A stretch of DNA of 64,000 nucleotides from an uncultured virus (IMG/VR IMGVR_UViG_2061766007_000688) (lineage: Duplodnaviria; Heunggongvirae; Uroviricota; Caudoviricetes). Position numbers and translations under genes: made by a program. How positions within the stretch are numbered: the stretch's first letter is position 1; each line of letters begins with the position of its first letter. This document shows positions 52,093 through 62,680 of the stretch, in pieces. The DNA is taken from the IMG/VR virus record IMGVR_UViG_2061766007_000688. One strand, written 5' to 3'. Below the pieces are notes generated by a model. It was not told where the DNA came from. It saw only the letters and a program-made list of their open reading frames with translations, and made no database searches.

Positions 52093-55000
52093 TCAATAAG
52101 CATATCCTTCTTTTCCTGTCTGCTTATATCTCTTTGTATTCTCATCCCATACTGCTTGTGCAATCTGTTTTCCGTTAAGCATGAGAACAACAGGATCTTT
52201 ATTACTGTTAGTAGATACTACTCCTACTGTATCCTCTAATACATCTCTTATTATATCAGAAAGTTTATCCCAGTCAAACTCATCCTTACTTTTTTTCTGC
52301 AACTGTATTGAAGCGGGTATTGAGAAGCCCTGTGCAATTCTTGGTATTTTAGTTTTAGATACTCTCGTCAATGTGTTGTTTAAGCTGTCCACCTGCTTCA
52401 GGTTGCTCATCTTATCATCTATGCTATCAATCATAGTACTAATAATTGAAATAGCTTCGGTGCTCATGCTGGTAAGCGTATCAATGAATGTATCAGCAAA
52501 CTTATCAATGCTATCAAGAGCAAACGGTGAATCAGCAGTATCTGTAACAGCATCAGTAGTNNNNNNNNNNNNNNNNNNNNNNNNNTTGTGCCCTCTTCAA
52601 TACCCTCAGCTAATCCTTCATCTACATACAGACCAATCTGTTCAAATACTTTTGACGGAGAATTGATGTCGAGTTTTTCCTCAACTTTATCTTTCATAGC
52701 ATTTACAAGATTATTACCAGCATCTGCTACTTTACTAAGATTTCCATCAATACCTTTCTTAAAGCCTTCAACTACATTCTTACCTATATCAAACAATCCT
52801 TCAGCAACACCATTGACAATCTTGAATCCATCTTTTAAGCCAGATATGAATTTATCTACAATGTTTGTCTTTATCCAAGGACCAATACCTGTAACAGCAT
52901 CTATTATTCCTTCAAGAATACCTTGTAAGATGTATTCACCATAAGGCATCATTACTTTAGATGGTGAATTTATGTCGAATCCTTTCTTGAATCCGTCTAT
53001 AAATCCGCCAACGAATGATGTGATTGCTTGTGCAACAATCTCTAAGAAACGAGCTGGTGCCATGAATACCCAAAGTATTCCATTGAGTATGTCTTTACCA
53101 AACTGTGCCCAATCAACTTCTGATACCCATGTAGCAAGATTTTTAGGAAATTCTTTAAGAGTAGTCTTAACCTTTGGCCATGTAGTACTAAAGAAGTTTG
53201 CTAACCAATTACCAATCTTTGCCGGCAATGTCTTAAACCATTTATATATTTTTCCTGCTATTTTGCCGAGTCCTTCACCAACATTAGTGCCAAGATTGTA
53301 GAAAAAGTCAGAGACAGCAGTAAATATTTCATCAAACCACTGTTTAACATTATCTATCCAACTACCTATATCTTGTAATGTTTTATTTACTGACTCAGCA
53401 AATTCTTCAGGAGCAGTGGCTACATTTCGTAGGAAGTTGACTATTGCTACCCAGCATTCTTCAACCCAGAATATTACAGCACCAACAGCAGTTGCAATTA
53501 ACGCAGGAGCTCCAAGAACTATTGCACCTATTACACCAAGAGCAGTACCAAGTGCTGTAAGTGTGACAGTAAATATATTTATCTCTCCGTCAGCCTGCTT
53601 TACAACTCCGAACAGATTCATAAATGCTCCGGCTACTATTGCAAGTGCTCCTGCAACTGTTCCTGCAACACCACCACCTGCCGCAGCTCCTGCTCCTTCA
53701 CCACCAAGAGCACTCATTGACTTCGCAACANNNNNNNNNNNNNNNNNNNNNNNNNNNNNNNNNNNNTACTCCACCACGGTGCTTTTGCGGCAGTTTCTGC
53801 TGTTGTAGTTGCAGTAGCAATCGCTGAGCCAGCATTTCCAAATGCTACTTTGAATGTACCGAGTGTCTGAGCTACTNNNNNNNNNNGAGTGCAAGTTTTA
53901 ATGTAACAAGAGCAACAGCAATCTGTTCTATCTGTTTAGCCATTGTTTCAGCGTCAGTGTTCTCAATCCAATCTACTACCCAATCTATGAGTTTACCAAA
54001 TGCTTCTGAATTAACTACATCTGCTACTTTATCCCCTAAGTCACCGAGAACTATAATAAACGCATCCCAAAGCTTTTCATCAAACTGTTCGATTGCTCCG
54101 AAGAGTTTATCCATTCTTTCTCTGAGTTTATCCCAATCAATCCTATCTGAAATCTCTTTGATTTTATCAAACAGATTCGGCAGTCCTTCTTCAACCATGT
54201 ATGTCATAAACGGTAAGACAACTGTGTTAAAGAAATCTTCGACTAAAGCACAGATTGTTTTCAGTGGTCCTTTTTCAAGAGAATCAAGTAAGTCGTAGAA
54301 ATGNNNNNNNNNNNNNNNNNNNNNNNNNNNNNNNNNNNNNNNNNNNNNAAGCCTTCGGCTATTTTCTCTATTGAACCAGTTATGACAATGAGCATATCTC
54401 TGAGTTTTTCGAGTATTCTCAGACCAATGTCGTTCTCTTCCCAGGCTTCTCTTATTGAATCTCCCAGATTATCAAAGAAACCACCTATATGTCCGAGTGT
54501 TTTAAGAATATTGCTAAACACTATCTGTGTTTCACCTTCTTGCCAAACTTCCATGAAGTCTGAGCCAATAGAAGCGATTAGGTCTTTGATTGAGAACAAA
54601 GCACCTTTCCACTTATCTATTACCCACTCGCCATCTTTTCTCCATGCTTTTCTGAGTGGCTTAAAGAAGTCTTTGACAAGTTTCTGTATTTTCTGTGCCA
54701 GTTTCTTTGCATCTTCAAGCAAAGGCGACTTCTTATAGTCAAAGCCAGCATATTTGTCATCAAGTCCAGAACCACTGCCTTTCTTGTTGTCTTTGTGGAT
54801 AACATTCAGTTTATCATAGTAGCCAAGCTCTTTTCTTGCTTTCTTAGCCGCTTTACCTGTCTTATCAAGAGACTTTGCAAAGTCTACCTGTGACCTTGCG
54901 GCTCTGAATACAAAGTCCTGCCCTGTAAGAGTCGCTATAAATGATGAAGCATAATAAGCGGCCTTTTCAAAGGCGGCTGAAAGAATTTCAAGTGCAGGTG

Positions 55001-56643
55001 CAAGTACTTTGAGTATAGGCTGTACANNNNNNNNNNNNNNNNNNNNNNNNNNNNNNNNNNNNNNNNNNNNNNNNNNNNNNNNNNNNNNNNNCAAGAGCAA
55101 GTGCTTTAAGAGCATCTACTATTCCACCTCTCAGTTTATTAAACAGTACAAACAAAGAGCGAATACCGAAACCATATTTCAGTATCGTTGTAAGCCCGAA
55201 CTTAAACTCATTATTCATGTCCTTGTGAGCTTTAGTTGTTTTCTTAATACTTGCGGCGAGAGATAAGAAACCTGTACTAAGAGCAAGCACCATTTTACCG
55301 AGATTTTTACCCGCTTTGATAAAGCCTACACCAAGTTTATCCACATTCTGATTCATTGAGTAGACTTCATGGCTTAACATCTTAATACTTCTGACAAGCT
55401 TATAGAATGCACTGTTTGCTCTATCAGTGGCTTTATCCGAATTGCCTAATTCTTCATTTGCTTTCCTTTCAGCGTTCACTCTTTCGAGGGATAAATCATA
55501 AAGCTGTCTAACTTTACCTATAAGACCAGAGTATCTTTGCTCCATTCTTTCAAGTTCTCTGGCAGCTTCTCTGTTGTACTTTTCAGCAAGTTTGTCCTCT
55601 TCTACAAGTTGACCTGCCTGTGCTACTGTATCCTTAAATGAGCCAGTTACCTTTCCGCTAATAGCTAACTCTGCTTCTCTTGTATTGCCAATTCGCTTAT
55701 AGGCGTCAGTAAGCTGAGCACCTGCGTTAAGTTCTTCTCTTATCTTTTCAAGTATTGCCTGGTGTTCTGATAACGATTGTCTGAGATTTGTATTTATTAC
55801 CTCTAAGTTGTGAATCTGTTCTTTGTCGCTTGTTGGGTCATAAGCATTACCAGTCCTGCTCGCTGTTTCAGCGTTTGCTATCTTTTCTAAGTTTTTAGCA
55901 GTGACTTCCAGACCAGTATTTTCAAGACTAAGCGCCGCTAATATTTTTGAAATCTGAGTTTGTTCTGCTTTAAGACTCTTTTCAGTCGCAACCTCTGACT
56001 TTCTTTTCTGAGCAAGCTGTCTTTCCTCAGATGAGATAGTAGCAATGCCATGCTCATGTCGCTCTTTTTCAAGCTGTGCCATCTGAGCGGTATACTCTTC
56101 CTGCAACTTCTTTGAGTTCTTAATCTTCTCCTCAACATCAACAAGCTGAGAGGTGGCCTTCATTATAGAGTTCTGGTTTACAGCCTGTTTATGGTACAGG
56201 TCACTAAACTCTTCTGACATTTCAGTTTTCTTTGTCTCTTCTAATGCCTGCCTATATGCTTCCTCTTTCTGAGTTACAATATCCTGAAGATTTGCGATTT
56301 TTGTCTCGTTGGCAGCAATCTCTCTTGTAAGCTCCGCACTTTTTGTTAAGGACTCAAAACTTGCCTCAGCGTATGACTGACCCCGAGTATCGTTTGCCTT
56401 ACTAAAATACTGAGCTATCTCAGCCCACACACTTTTGACTCTGTTAGCTCTATCTTGTGTTTCCTGCATTCTTTCATTGATATGCTCTATATCTTCCTGA
56501 GTTACAGCGAGGTTTCTCTGATTGATTAAGTCTACTCGTCTTTTTTCAAGACCATTCATATAAGACCTAATCTGGTCAAGTGTCTGCTTGATGTTTCCTT
56601 GTTCGGCTTCGACTTTGACAGGAATTATAATTTCATCATTCAT
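52093..56643 (-). CDS. Tape measure protein (~1500 aa, five N-runs)
   Basis: Coiled coil, W/F-spaced amphipathic repeats, TM stretch, two DINSPSKV motifs, LMLNGKQIA C-terminus. Confidence 0.85.
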
Positions 56644-57224
56644 ACTGTTTCACCACACCACTGAGAAACTACCCAATCTTCAATCTCTTGTTCCTCAGCA
56701 GTCTTCCTTTTCCAGTTGAAGTACTGTGGGTTTTTCATGCGGAACTCTCTTTCCCACTTCTCTAACTTCTTGCCTCTTTGTATCTTTTCTCTTATATCTA
56801 ACACGGTTGACATTGCACTTTCTTTGACTGACATATAGTAACCTACAAATGTCCACCAATGTAAATAACTTTCTGCTCTTATCTCTTTGCCCGCAACATC
56901 ATTTATTGCGGCACAGACCATTGCTGAATCTTCGTTCCAGTCGATTAACTTCACTTCATCTTTTCGACCACCCTCTGGTCTACCGGCATTAAAGAACCAG
57001 AACATTTGGTCTAAAGCTTCTTGTAAATCAGAGAATTGCTCTAAACAATCTACATCATACATGTCCTCATAAAAGACACACAATGCTGCCGCTATTCTCT
57101 CATTTTTTGAAAGTGAGGTGTCTTCCAAAACTGAAAAGGTGCTGATTACAACTCGAAAATCTCCTTTGTCTCGAATGTCATAATCAACACCTCCAATGTT
57201 CAATTTAGTTGGTAAGTCGTACAT
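56640..57224 (-). CDS. Gp15-like tail assembly chaperone
   Basis: LPT..GDFR...IDWNED...YLHWWTF...IR. Confidence 0.8.
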   Translation of the reverse strand: MYDLPTKLNIGGVDYDIRDKGDFRVVISTFSVLEDTSLSKNERIAAALCVFYEDMYDVDCLEQFSDLQEALDQMFWFFNAGRPEGGRKDEVKLIDWNEDSAMVCAAINDVAGKEIRAESYLHWWTFVGYYMSVKESAMSTVLDIREKIQRGKKLEKWEREFRMKNPQYFNWKRKTAEEQEIEDWVVSQWCGETV

Positions 57225-57850
57225 TATCTCTTTTTATGGGATGCCGGTTTTCTTCTGTACTGAGATACCTTTGAGTTTACTCTGCTTCTCAGCTTCATAA
57301 ACTCCATGCTCATGTTGTTCTCATAGAGACCGCACAGAGCGTCGATAATGTGTTCAAATCTGAACATTCCCTGGTAGGGATCCCACATTGTGCCATCAGC
57401 ACAACAAGCATCTGCAACGGGTGAGCCGAAGATAAAGTCAACTTCTGCTCTCATCTTTACATCATACTCATCGAGGAGCTTTGCTGACTCTTCAACTGAC
57501 AGTTCATCAATCTTTGAGCCAATCTCTGCTATCTCTTCCATCATCTTTATCAGTCTTTCATAGCCTACCTTAAGTCTGCCATACAGACCCATATCTGAAA
57601 CATTCAGATAGATGATGTTGTTTGTATCTTTGATACGGAACGGTGACTTCTTTGCACCCAAGATAGTGACTTCTTTGATTTCTTCTTCCTTCTCCTCTTC
57701 TTTCGGGAGAACAGGAGCAGGAGAAGTTGATTCTTCTTCTGCTTCACTGTCCTCACCTTCGAGGAGTTTATTGACAGGAGTTTCTTCCTGCGCTACACTC
57801 TGAGTTTCCTCAGCAAGTGCGTCATTTTTAATGAATGATTTTCTGGCCAT
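57224..57850 (-). CDS. Tail assembly chaperone
   Basis: Between major tail protein and Gp15; VDFIFG. Confidence 0.65.
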   Translation of the reverse strand: MARKSFIKNDALAEETQSVAQEETPVNKLLEGEDSEAEEESTSPAPVLPKEEEKEEEIKEVTILGAKKSPFRIKDTNNIIYLNVSDMGLYGRLKVGYERLIKMMEEIAEIGSKIDELSVEESAKLLDEYDVKMRAEVDFIFGSPVADACCADGTMWDPYQGMFRFEHIIDALCGLYENNMSMEFMKLRSRVNSKVSQYRRKPASHKKR

Positions 57851-57868
57851 TTTAACTTTCCTCCTTAA

Positions 57869-58510
57869 TTATACATCCGGTGTGAATACGAAGTCCACAG
57901 CGAGCTTATCAACTGTACCAGTCGTAATCTTGTTCGAGAAGTGAACAGTGTACGGGAAGTTGATTGTTGTGTCACCACCTATGCTGTCATAGGTAACAGA
58001 GCAATCAGAGTGCTTCTCAGCTTCAAAAGCACCAGTTGATCCAGCATATCCTGTAAGGATGTATGCTGTGAATCCCTGCAACTCTGAAACAGCGTTTCTT
58101 CTGCGGATGTCGTTGAGCTTTGCCTGAAGCTTTGAACCACCACGAAGCGGTGAAGCATCGAACGTCTGCTCGGGCTGTGTCTTGTTGAGGTCTGTGTAGT
58201 TGTTACCGAGGATATCGGTTGTTGTCTCGATATCAGCATTGTACTCAATGCTTGAATCCTCTGTTCTGACACCACAAAGCTCTCTTGTGGGTGTTCCTGA
58301 GTAGTACTTGTTTGATGCCCAAGTCGGTGCTGTGGCGCCTGAAACATGCACATAACCGTTGGCTGTCTTTTCATAGTAGTCCTCATAATCGGTTGCCCAA
58401 TCATCAGGCTCAGTTGTCAACAGTGTGTATTCAAGCCACTCCAGTGCTGTAATGAGCAGTTTTCTTTCGGCTCTCTGTCCATCAGAGAGGTTAAACTGTG
58501 TAGAAGGCAT
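57869..58510 (-). CDS. Major tail protein
   Basis: RKLL...G...SIEYNADIETTTDILG...SIGGD; position. Confidence 0.75.
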   Translation of the reverse strand: MPSTQFNLSDGQRAERKLLITALEWLEYTLLTTEPDDWATDYEDYYEKTANGYVHVSGATAPTWASNKYYSGTPTRELCGVRTEDSSIEYNADIETTTDILGNNYTDLNKTQPEQTFDASPLRGGSKLQAKLNDIRRRNAVSELQGFTAYILTGYAGSTGAFEAEKHSDCSVTYDSIGGDTTINFPYTVHFSNKITTGTVDKLAVDFVFTPDV

Positions 58511-58523
58511 ATCGTCTCTCCTT

Positions 58524-58994
58524 TCATTTTATTGCTTTACTATTATCCAGATACTGGATACGAATAGTGAACGAATATTGTGCAAGTGGAGGGTTCTGAG
58601 AAGTATCTACCCCATTGAGATTAGGATCATCTGTTGTCGCTTTCATCTCGTCTATGACGACATCACTTCCGAAGTCGGGGAAATGATATTCTTCTCCTTG
58701 AGTATTCACCCAATCGAGAATTTCTTGTATGAGTGCGAGATTATCCATATTCTCATCAGCAAATCCAGTTTCGTCTACAATAGGATTGTGAGATACTGCA
58801 ACATAGCTGACTATAGAAAAAGTATAATACTTTAACCTTCCTCCGTCAATGTAGTTTTTAAGGGTACCGCTGTCCTCTTTAACGAACTGCTTTGAACCAT
58901 CCTCTTCCTCAGCAAAGTTAAAGAACAGTTTTTCGATGTTAGGGCAGTCAAGAAGGAAGTCTATGACAGCCTGTGTATATTCTGAATTTGTCAT
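58524..58994 (-). CDS. Tail terminator-like protein
   Basis: YIDG...WVNTQ...FPDF...AQY...IRIQY. Confidence 0.65.
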   Translation of the reverse strand: MTNSEYTQAVIDFLLDCPNIEKLFFNFAEEEDGSKQFVKEDSGTLKNYIDGGRLKYYTFSIVSYVAVSHNPIVDETGFADENMDNLALIQEILDWVNTQGEEYHFPDFGSDVVIDEMKATTDDPNLNGVDTSQNPPLAQYSFTIRIQYLDNSKAIK

Positions 58995-59489
58995 TTCTTT
59001 CCTTTCATTTCTTCTCGAATAGCTTTTACAATTAGAGGTTTAGCTCTTTGAGTAAATCTTGGCCAAATCTTTGACTGATGTTCTTTATCAGCCCAGTGGT
59101 CAGTAGCTTGTTTGTGCACAACTCGTTTACCCTTATTGAGAGTAATTTNNNNNNNNNNNNNNNNNNNNNNNNNNNNNNNNNNNNNNNNNNNCTACATTGT
59201 ATTGATACTCTGCTATATTGAAACCATCTGTTTGACCAATTCTTTTATACATCAACCCGTTTTTAGAGTCTGTATAAAATCTTGCAAGTTTACCAGTGTC
59301 ATACGGCACATATTTGTCTAAACAGTCACCAAGTACTTCAAGCAACTGTTTATACAGAGGTAAATTTTTTCGCATGGGATAGTTTGCAATCTTATCCACT
59401 TTCTTGGACAAGTCAGATTTTAGTTTTCTCATGTCAAAGCTAAATGTTAAATAGCTTCTCGCATTTGAACTTTTCCAATCTTCTGACAT
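58991..59489 (-). CDS. Head-tail/minor capsid protein
   Basis: KYVPYDTGKL...YQY...ATDHW. Confidence 0.65.
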
Positions 59490-59493
59490 TCAA

Positions 59494-59918
59494 TCACATC
59501 CCTTTTACTTTGTAGTGCTCATTTCCTCTACCACCACTTACATTGACATCAACTATCTCGATTGTAAAGCAACCAGGATAGTCTTTATACTCCTTAATCA
59601 AATCTGATGAGCGTTTACCTCTTGTGTACTCGTCTATCTCAAAATCAACTTCTTCGGGAACAATGATATCTCCTGCGGCAAGTGTGAAGAGCACTTCTTT
59701 GGCAGAATCGTCTAACATGTCATACTCACGCTTGTTGATAAACTTATCACTGACCTTTATCCTACAAATGGATGAGTCTGAGGTGAGTGTCGTATCGCCA
59801 GTCGTAACTTTCTCTACTGTGTGCTTGTAAAAGNNNNNNNNNNNNNNNNNNNNNNNNNNNNNNNNNNNNNNNNNNNNNNNNNNNNNNNNNNNNNNNNNNN
59901 NNNNNNNNNNATCATCAT
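59494..59918 (-). CDS. Head closure protein-like
   Basis: FTLAAGDIIV...HYKVKG; position. Confidence 0.6.
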
Positions 59919-60358
59919 TCTCCCGGGTAAACACCTCTGAAAAGAATGTTTCTTCCGAGGTCGTTTACTATTGATCCCATATACTGCTGTACTACATCAT
60001 TGACTGTCTTTGAGCCTTTGAAGAATGCAAGCAAGTCTCCTGCGGACGCTGTGTTGTATTTAGTGGTCACACCATCATTACTTTCTTCTGTAATTNNNNN
60101 NNNNNNNNNNNNNNNNNNNNNNNNNNNNNNNNNNNNNNNNNNNNNNNNNNNNNNNNNNNNNNNNNNNNNNNNNNNNNNCAACTGATACATACAACGCTTT
60201 AACTCTTCTGATTCAAGCACCTTCGCCCATTCAGTTCGTTTTAAGCGATTGAAAGTGTACCAGTTGACAGTACTTTCAGCGTCAAACTCTAAGTCATTGA
60301 AGGCGGCTTCATCCAATGTACCGCCCATATCGGTATATTCTTCATATGTTAAGTACAT
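59915..60358 (-). CDS. Head-tail connector/adaptor
   Basis: MYLTYEEY..MGG...YTFNRL...ESNDG...LFRG. Confidence 0.75.
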   Translation of the reverse strand: MYLTYEEYTDMGGTLDEAAFNDLEFDAESTVNWYTFNRLKRTEWAKVLESEELKRCMYQLXXXXXXXXXXXXXXXXXXXXXXXXXXXXITEESNDGVTTKYNTASAGDLLAFFKGSKTVNDVVQQYMGSIVNDLGRNILFRGVYPGE

Positions 60359-60379
60359 TGGATTTCCTCCTTTCGACTA

Positions 60380-61698
60380 TTATCCCAGAGAGATAATCTG
60401 AGCAATCGGGATAGCCTTGTCATCAATGTATGATGAACCACTGCTTACCAGATCCCAGTTAGCGCCAGTTGACAGCTCTGCGTTGGTCGGTGAAAGTGTT
60501 GCGATATTGTCGATACCAACAAAGCTGATACCATACGGTGCGAAGCACTTTCTCTGACGAGAGTACAGAGTATCCTGACCACCGTTTGTAGCCTCATCAC
60601 GAGACATTGAATACGGAACCTTTGCTCCACAGTTCGTGTACTCGATAGCACCCTGGCCAAGTACGAATGTTGTGTACTCTTTGTGACCAGTCGGAGCAGT
60701 CGTAGTAGCGGCTGTGATTGTGGNNNNNNNNNNNNNNNNNNNNNNNNNNNNNAGGCTGACCAGCACCATACTTGCCAGATTTCTCTGTAAGTGTGAGAAC
60801 TGCACCATCTCTTGAAACGCTGTAAGTAGCGTCTGAGCCAAGAGCGGAAGCAAGAGAAGTAGCAACACCAGTCGGTGTCTTTGTATCAGCGGNNNNNNNN
60901 NNNNNNNNNNNNNNNNNNNNNNNNNNNNNNNNNNNNNNNNNNNNNNNNNNNNNNATCATATACATCCTTAACCGGCATATCATCGTCAACAAGAACCATG
61001 CGGCCGTTAAGAGTTCCGATGTTAAGCTCACGCTCGATACCCTGTGCATCGTTGTACTTCAGGTATGTAAGAACCTTGAGGTTCTCGAGGTGTGTAGCAA
61101 CTGCACTGTGCATGATAGTCATGCTGAACTTGCTCTTGTGGTCACCACAAGCCTTCTGCATAGCAGTGTTAAGAGTTGTAGCATCCATGAAGCCTGTAAC
61201 GCCTTCGCTGTTCTGTACGGCTCTTACATCGTGTGTATGCTTCTGAGCGAATGCTGAACCAGCGGCTGATGACATTGAGAATACACCCTTGAGGATAGCT
61301 ACAAGCATCTCCTGGTCGATTTCATCCCAATACTCAGAAACCTGCTCTGCAACATTCTGCATGAAGTCAACTCCACCGGTGATGTCGTATGAGAAGTCCT
61401 TCTCTGTCCAAGCGGCAGCTCTACCAACAACAACTCTGCTGTGGCTGAATGTCTGGGTGTTTACAGACGTGATGTTTGTAACACCATCATAGTTCAGCGG
61501 TACTGTGCCGCTGATGAGGCCCTTGAGCGGTGTGGTAAGAAAGTTTCCACCAACCTGGTCGCTCATAGCACTTGCAAGCTCCGGTCTGCCAACGATTGCG
61601 CCGGACTTAATGAATGCGTTGAGGTGAACATTCGGAATACGGTCTACATATTTCTGGAATACTTCACCGTTGAAAAGTTTTGCATCAAACTGAGGCAT
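60380..61698 (-). CDS. Major capsid protein with internal insertion (frames broken at two N-runs)
   Basis: FDAKLFNGEVF, NYDG, GRAAAWTEKDF, MHSAVA, GRMVLVDDDMP, YTTFVLGQGA, GGQDTLYSR, IPIAQIISLG. Confidence 0.9.
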
Positions 61699-61718
61699 AG
61701 TTTTAATCTCCTTTCAGA

Positions 61719-62409
61719 TTATTCAAAGTTTATTACTGCATTAGGGTTATTGTTCTTCATCTGCATAAGCTCAGACAAAGAGTATTTCTGCCCCTGGCCA
61801 CCCTTGTCTCCAGGAGTAGACATTGAAAACTGAGGGGGCGGAGTCTGCTGACCGAGGTCATTCTGCTGTTTAGGTGCTTCCTGATAGAAAGCATCTTTGT
61901 TCTCTTTTGCATATACTTTCATAAAGTCGTCTGCTCCGAGAATAACGCCAGACTCCATAGGAAGATTTTTCGCTATCATGTTAGCCACAAAATCTCTCTG
62001 CGCCGCTGTACTTGAGAACTTCTGTTTAGCCGCATAGTCTCTGACTGCGAACTCATACGCCTGATGTGTGAGCTGTCCTTTAAGATTTTCCACATCATGT
62101 GTGTACTTCTCCTGCAACTGTGCGAGNNNNNNNNNNNNNNNNNNNCTTTCCAGCGTCTGTTCCTGCGTCTTTCAACTGTGTCTGCAAGGTCTGTAAGTCT
62201 GAATCACGCTTGGTGATTGTGTCATTAAGCCCTGCTATCTGTGTATCTTTTGCGGCGAGTTCATCAAGATACTTCTGTCTGTCCACATATTTACCTTCTG
62301 CCAGGTCGGTAAACTTCGCCTTGGACTCCTGTGCTATTCGGTTAAACTCTTCTACTGTAAGAGCTTTGTTCTCCGAAGTAGCTTTTGCAAAGATTTCTGC
62401 TACTGTCAT
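61719..62409 (-). CDS. Capsid scaffolding protein (frame broken at N-run)
   Basis: Coiled coil, YVDRQKY; directly upstream of capsid. Confidence 0.75.
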
Positions 62410-62663
62410 GTTTTTCTCCTCCTAAACATTCTTTAATTAGTTTGTCTTATAATTCCGCAGTCTCTTTCTGCGACGGAATGTGCCCGTCTTTAATCGACTT
62501 CGGGCGAGTCTTTATATAATAACTATCAGTACTGGCAATACTGATAGACTATTATCGGTGAGCTGACGCATGGGATACATCAGCTCACATCCCAAGGAGC
62601 TGGTTAAATGGCCAGTAAAACCATTCACAGGTATAATATACTATATGATATAACTTTTGTAAA
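62410..62663 (-). promoter_or_regulatory. Promoter and ~220-nt structured 5' leader of the scaffold/capsid operon
   Basis: TTTACA-17-TATATT; four stems and repeated TAAAGA. Confidence 0.6.
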
Positions 62664-62680
62664 GAGGTTTTTGAAAATTT

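Noticed and set aside
57200..57300. Tail chaperone programmed -1 frameshift
   Set aside because: No clear slippery heptamer; the Gp15-like gene has its own coupled start (TAATG)
62550..62600. Hammerhead ribozyme in the scaffold leader
   Set aside because: Core reads CUGAUGU rather than CUGANGA, and no properly placed GAAA
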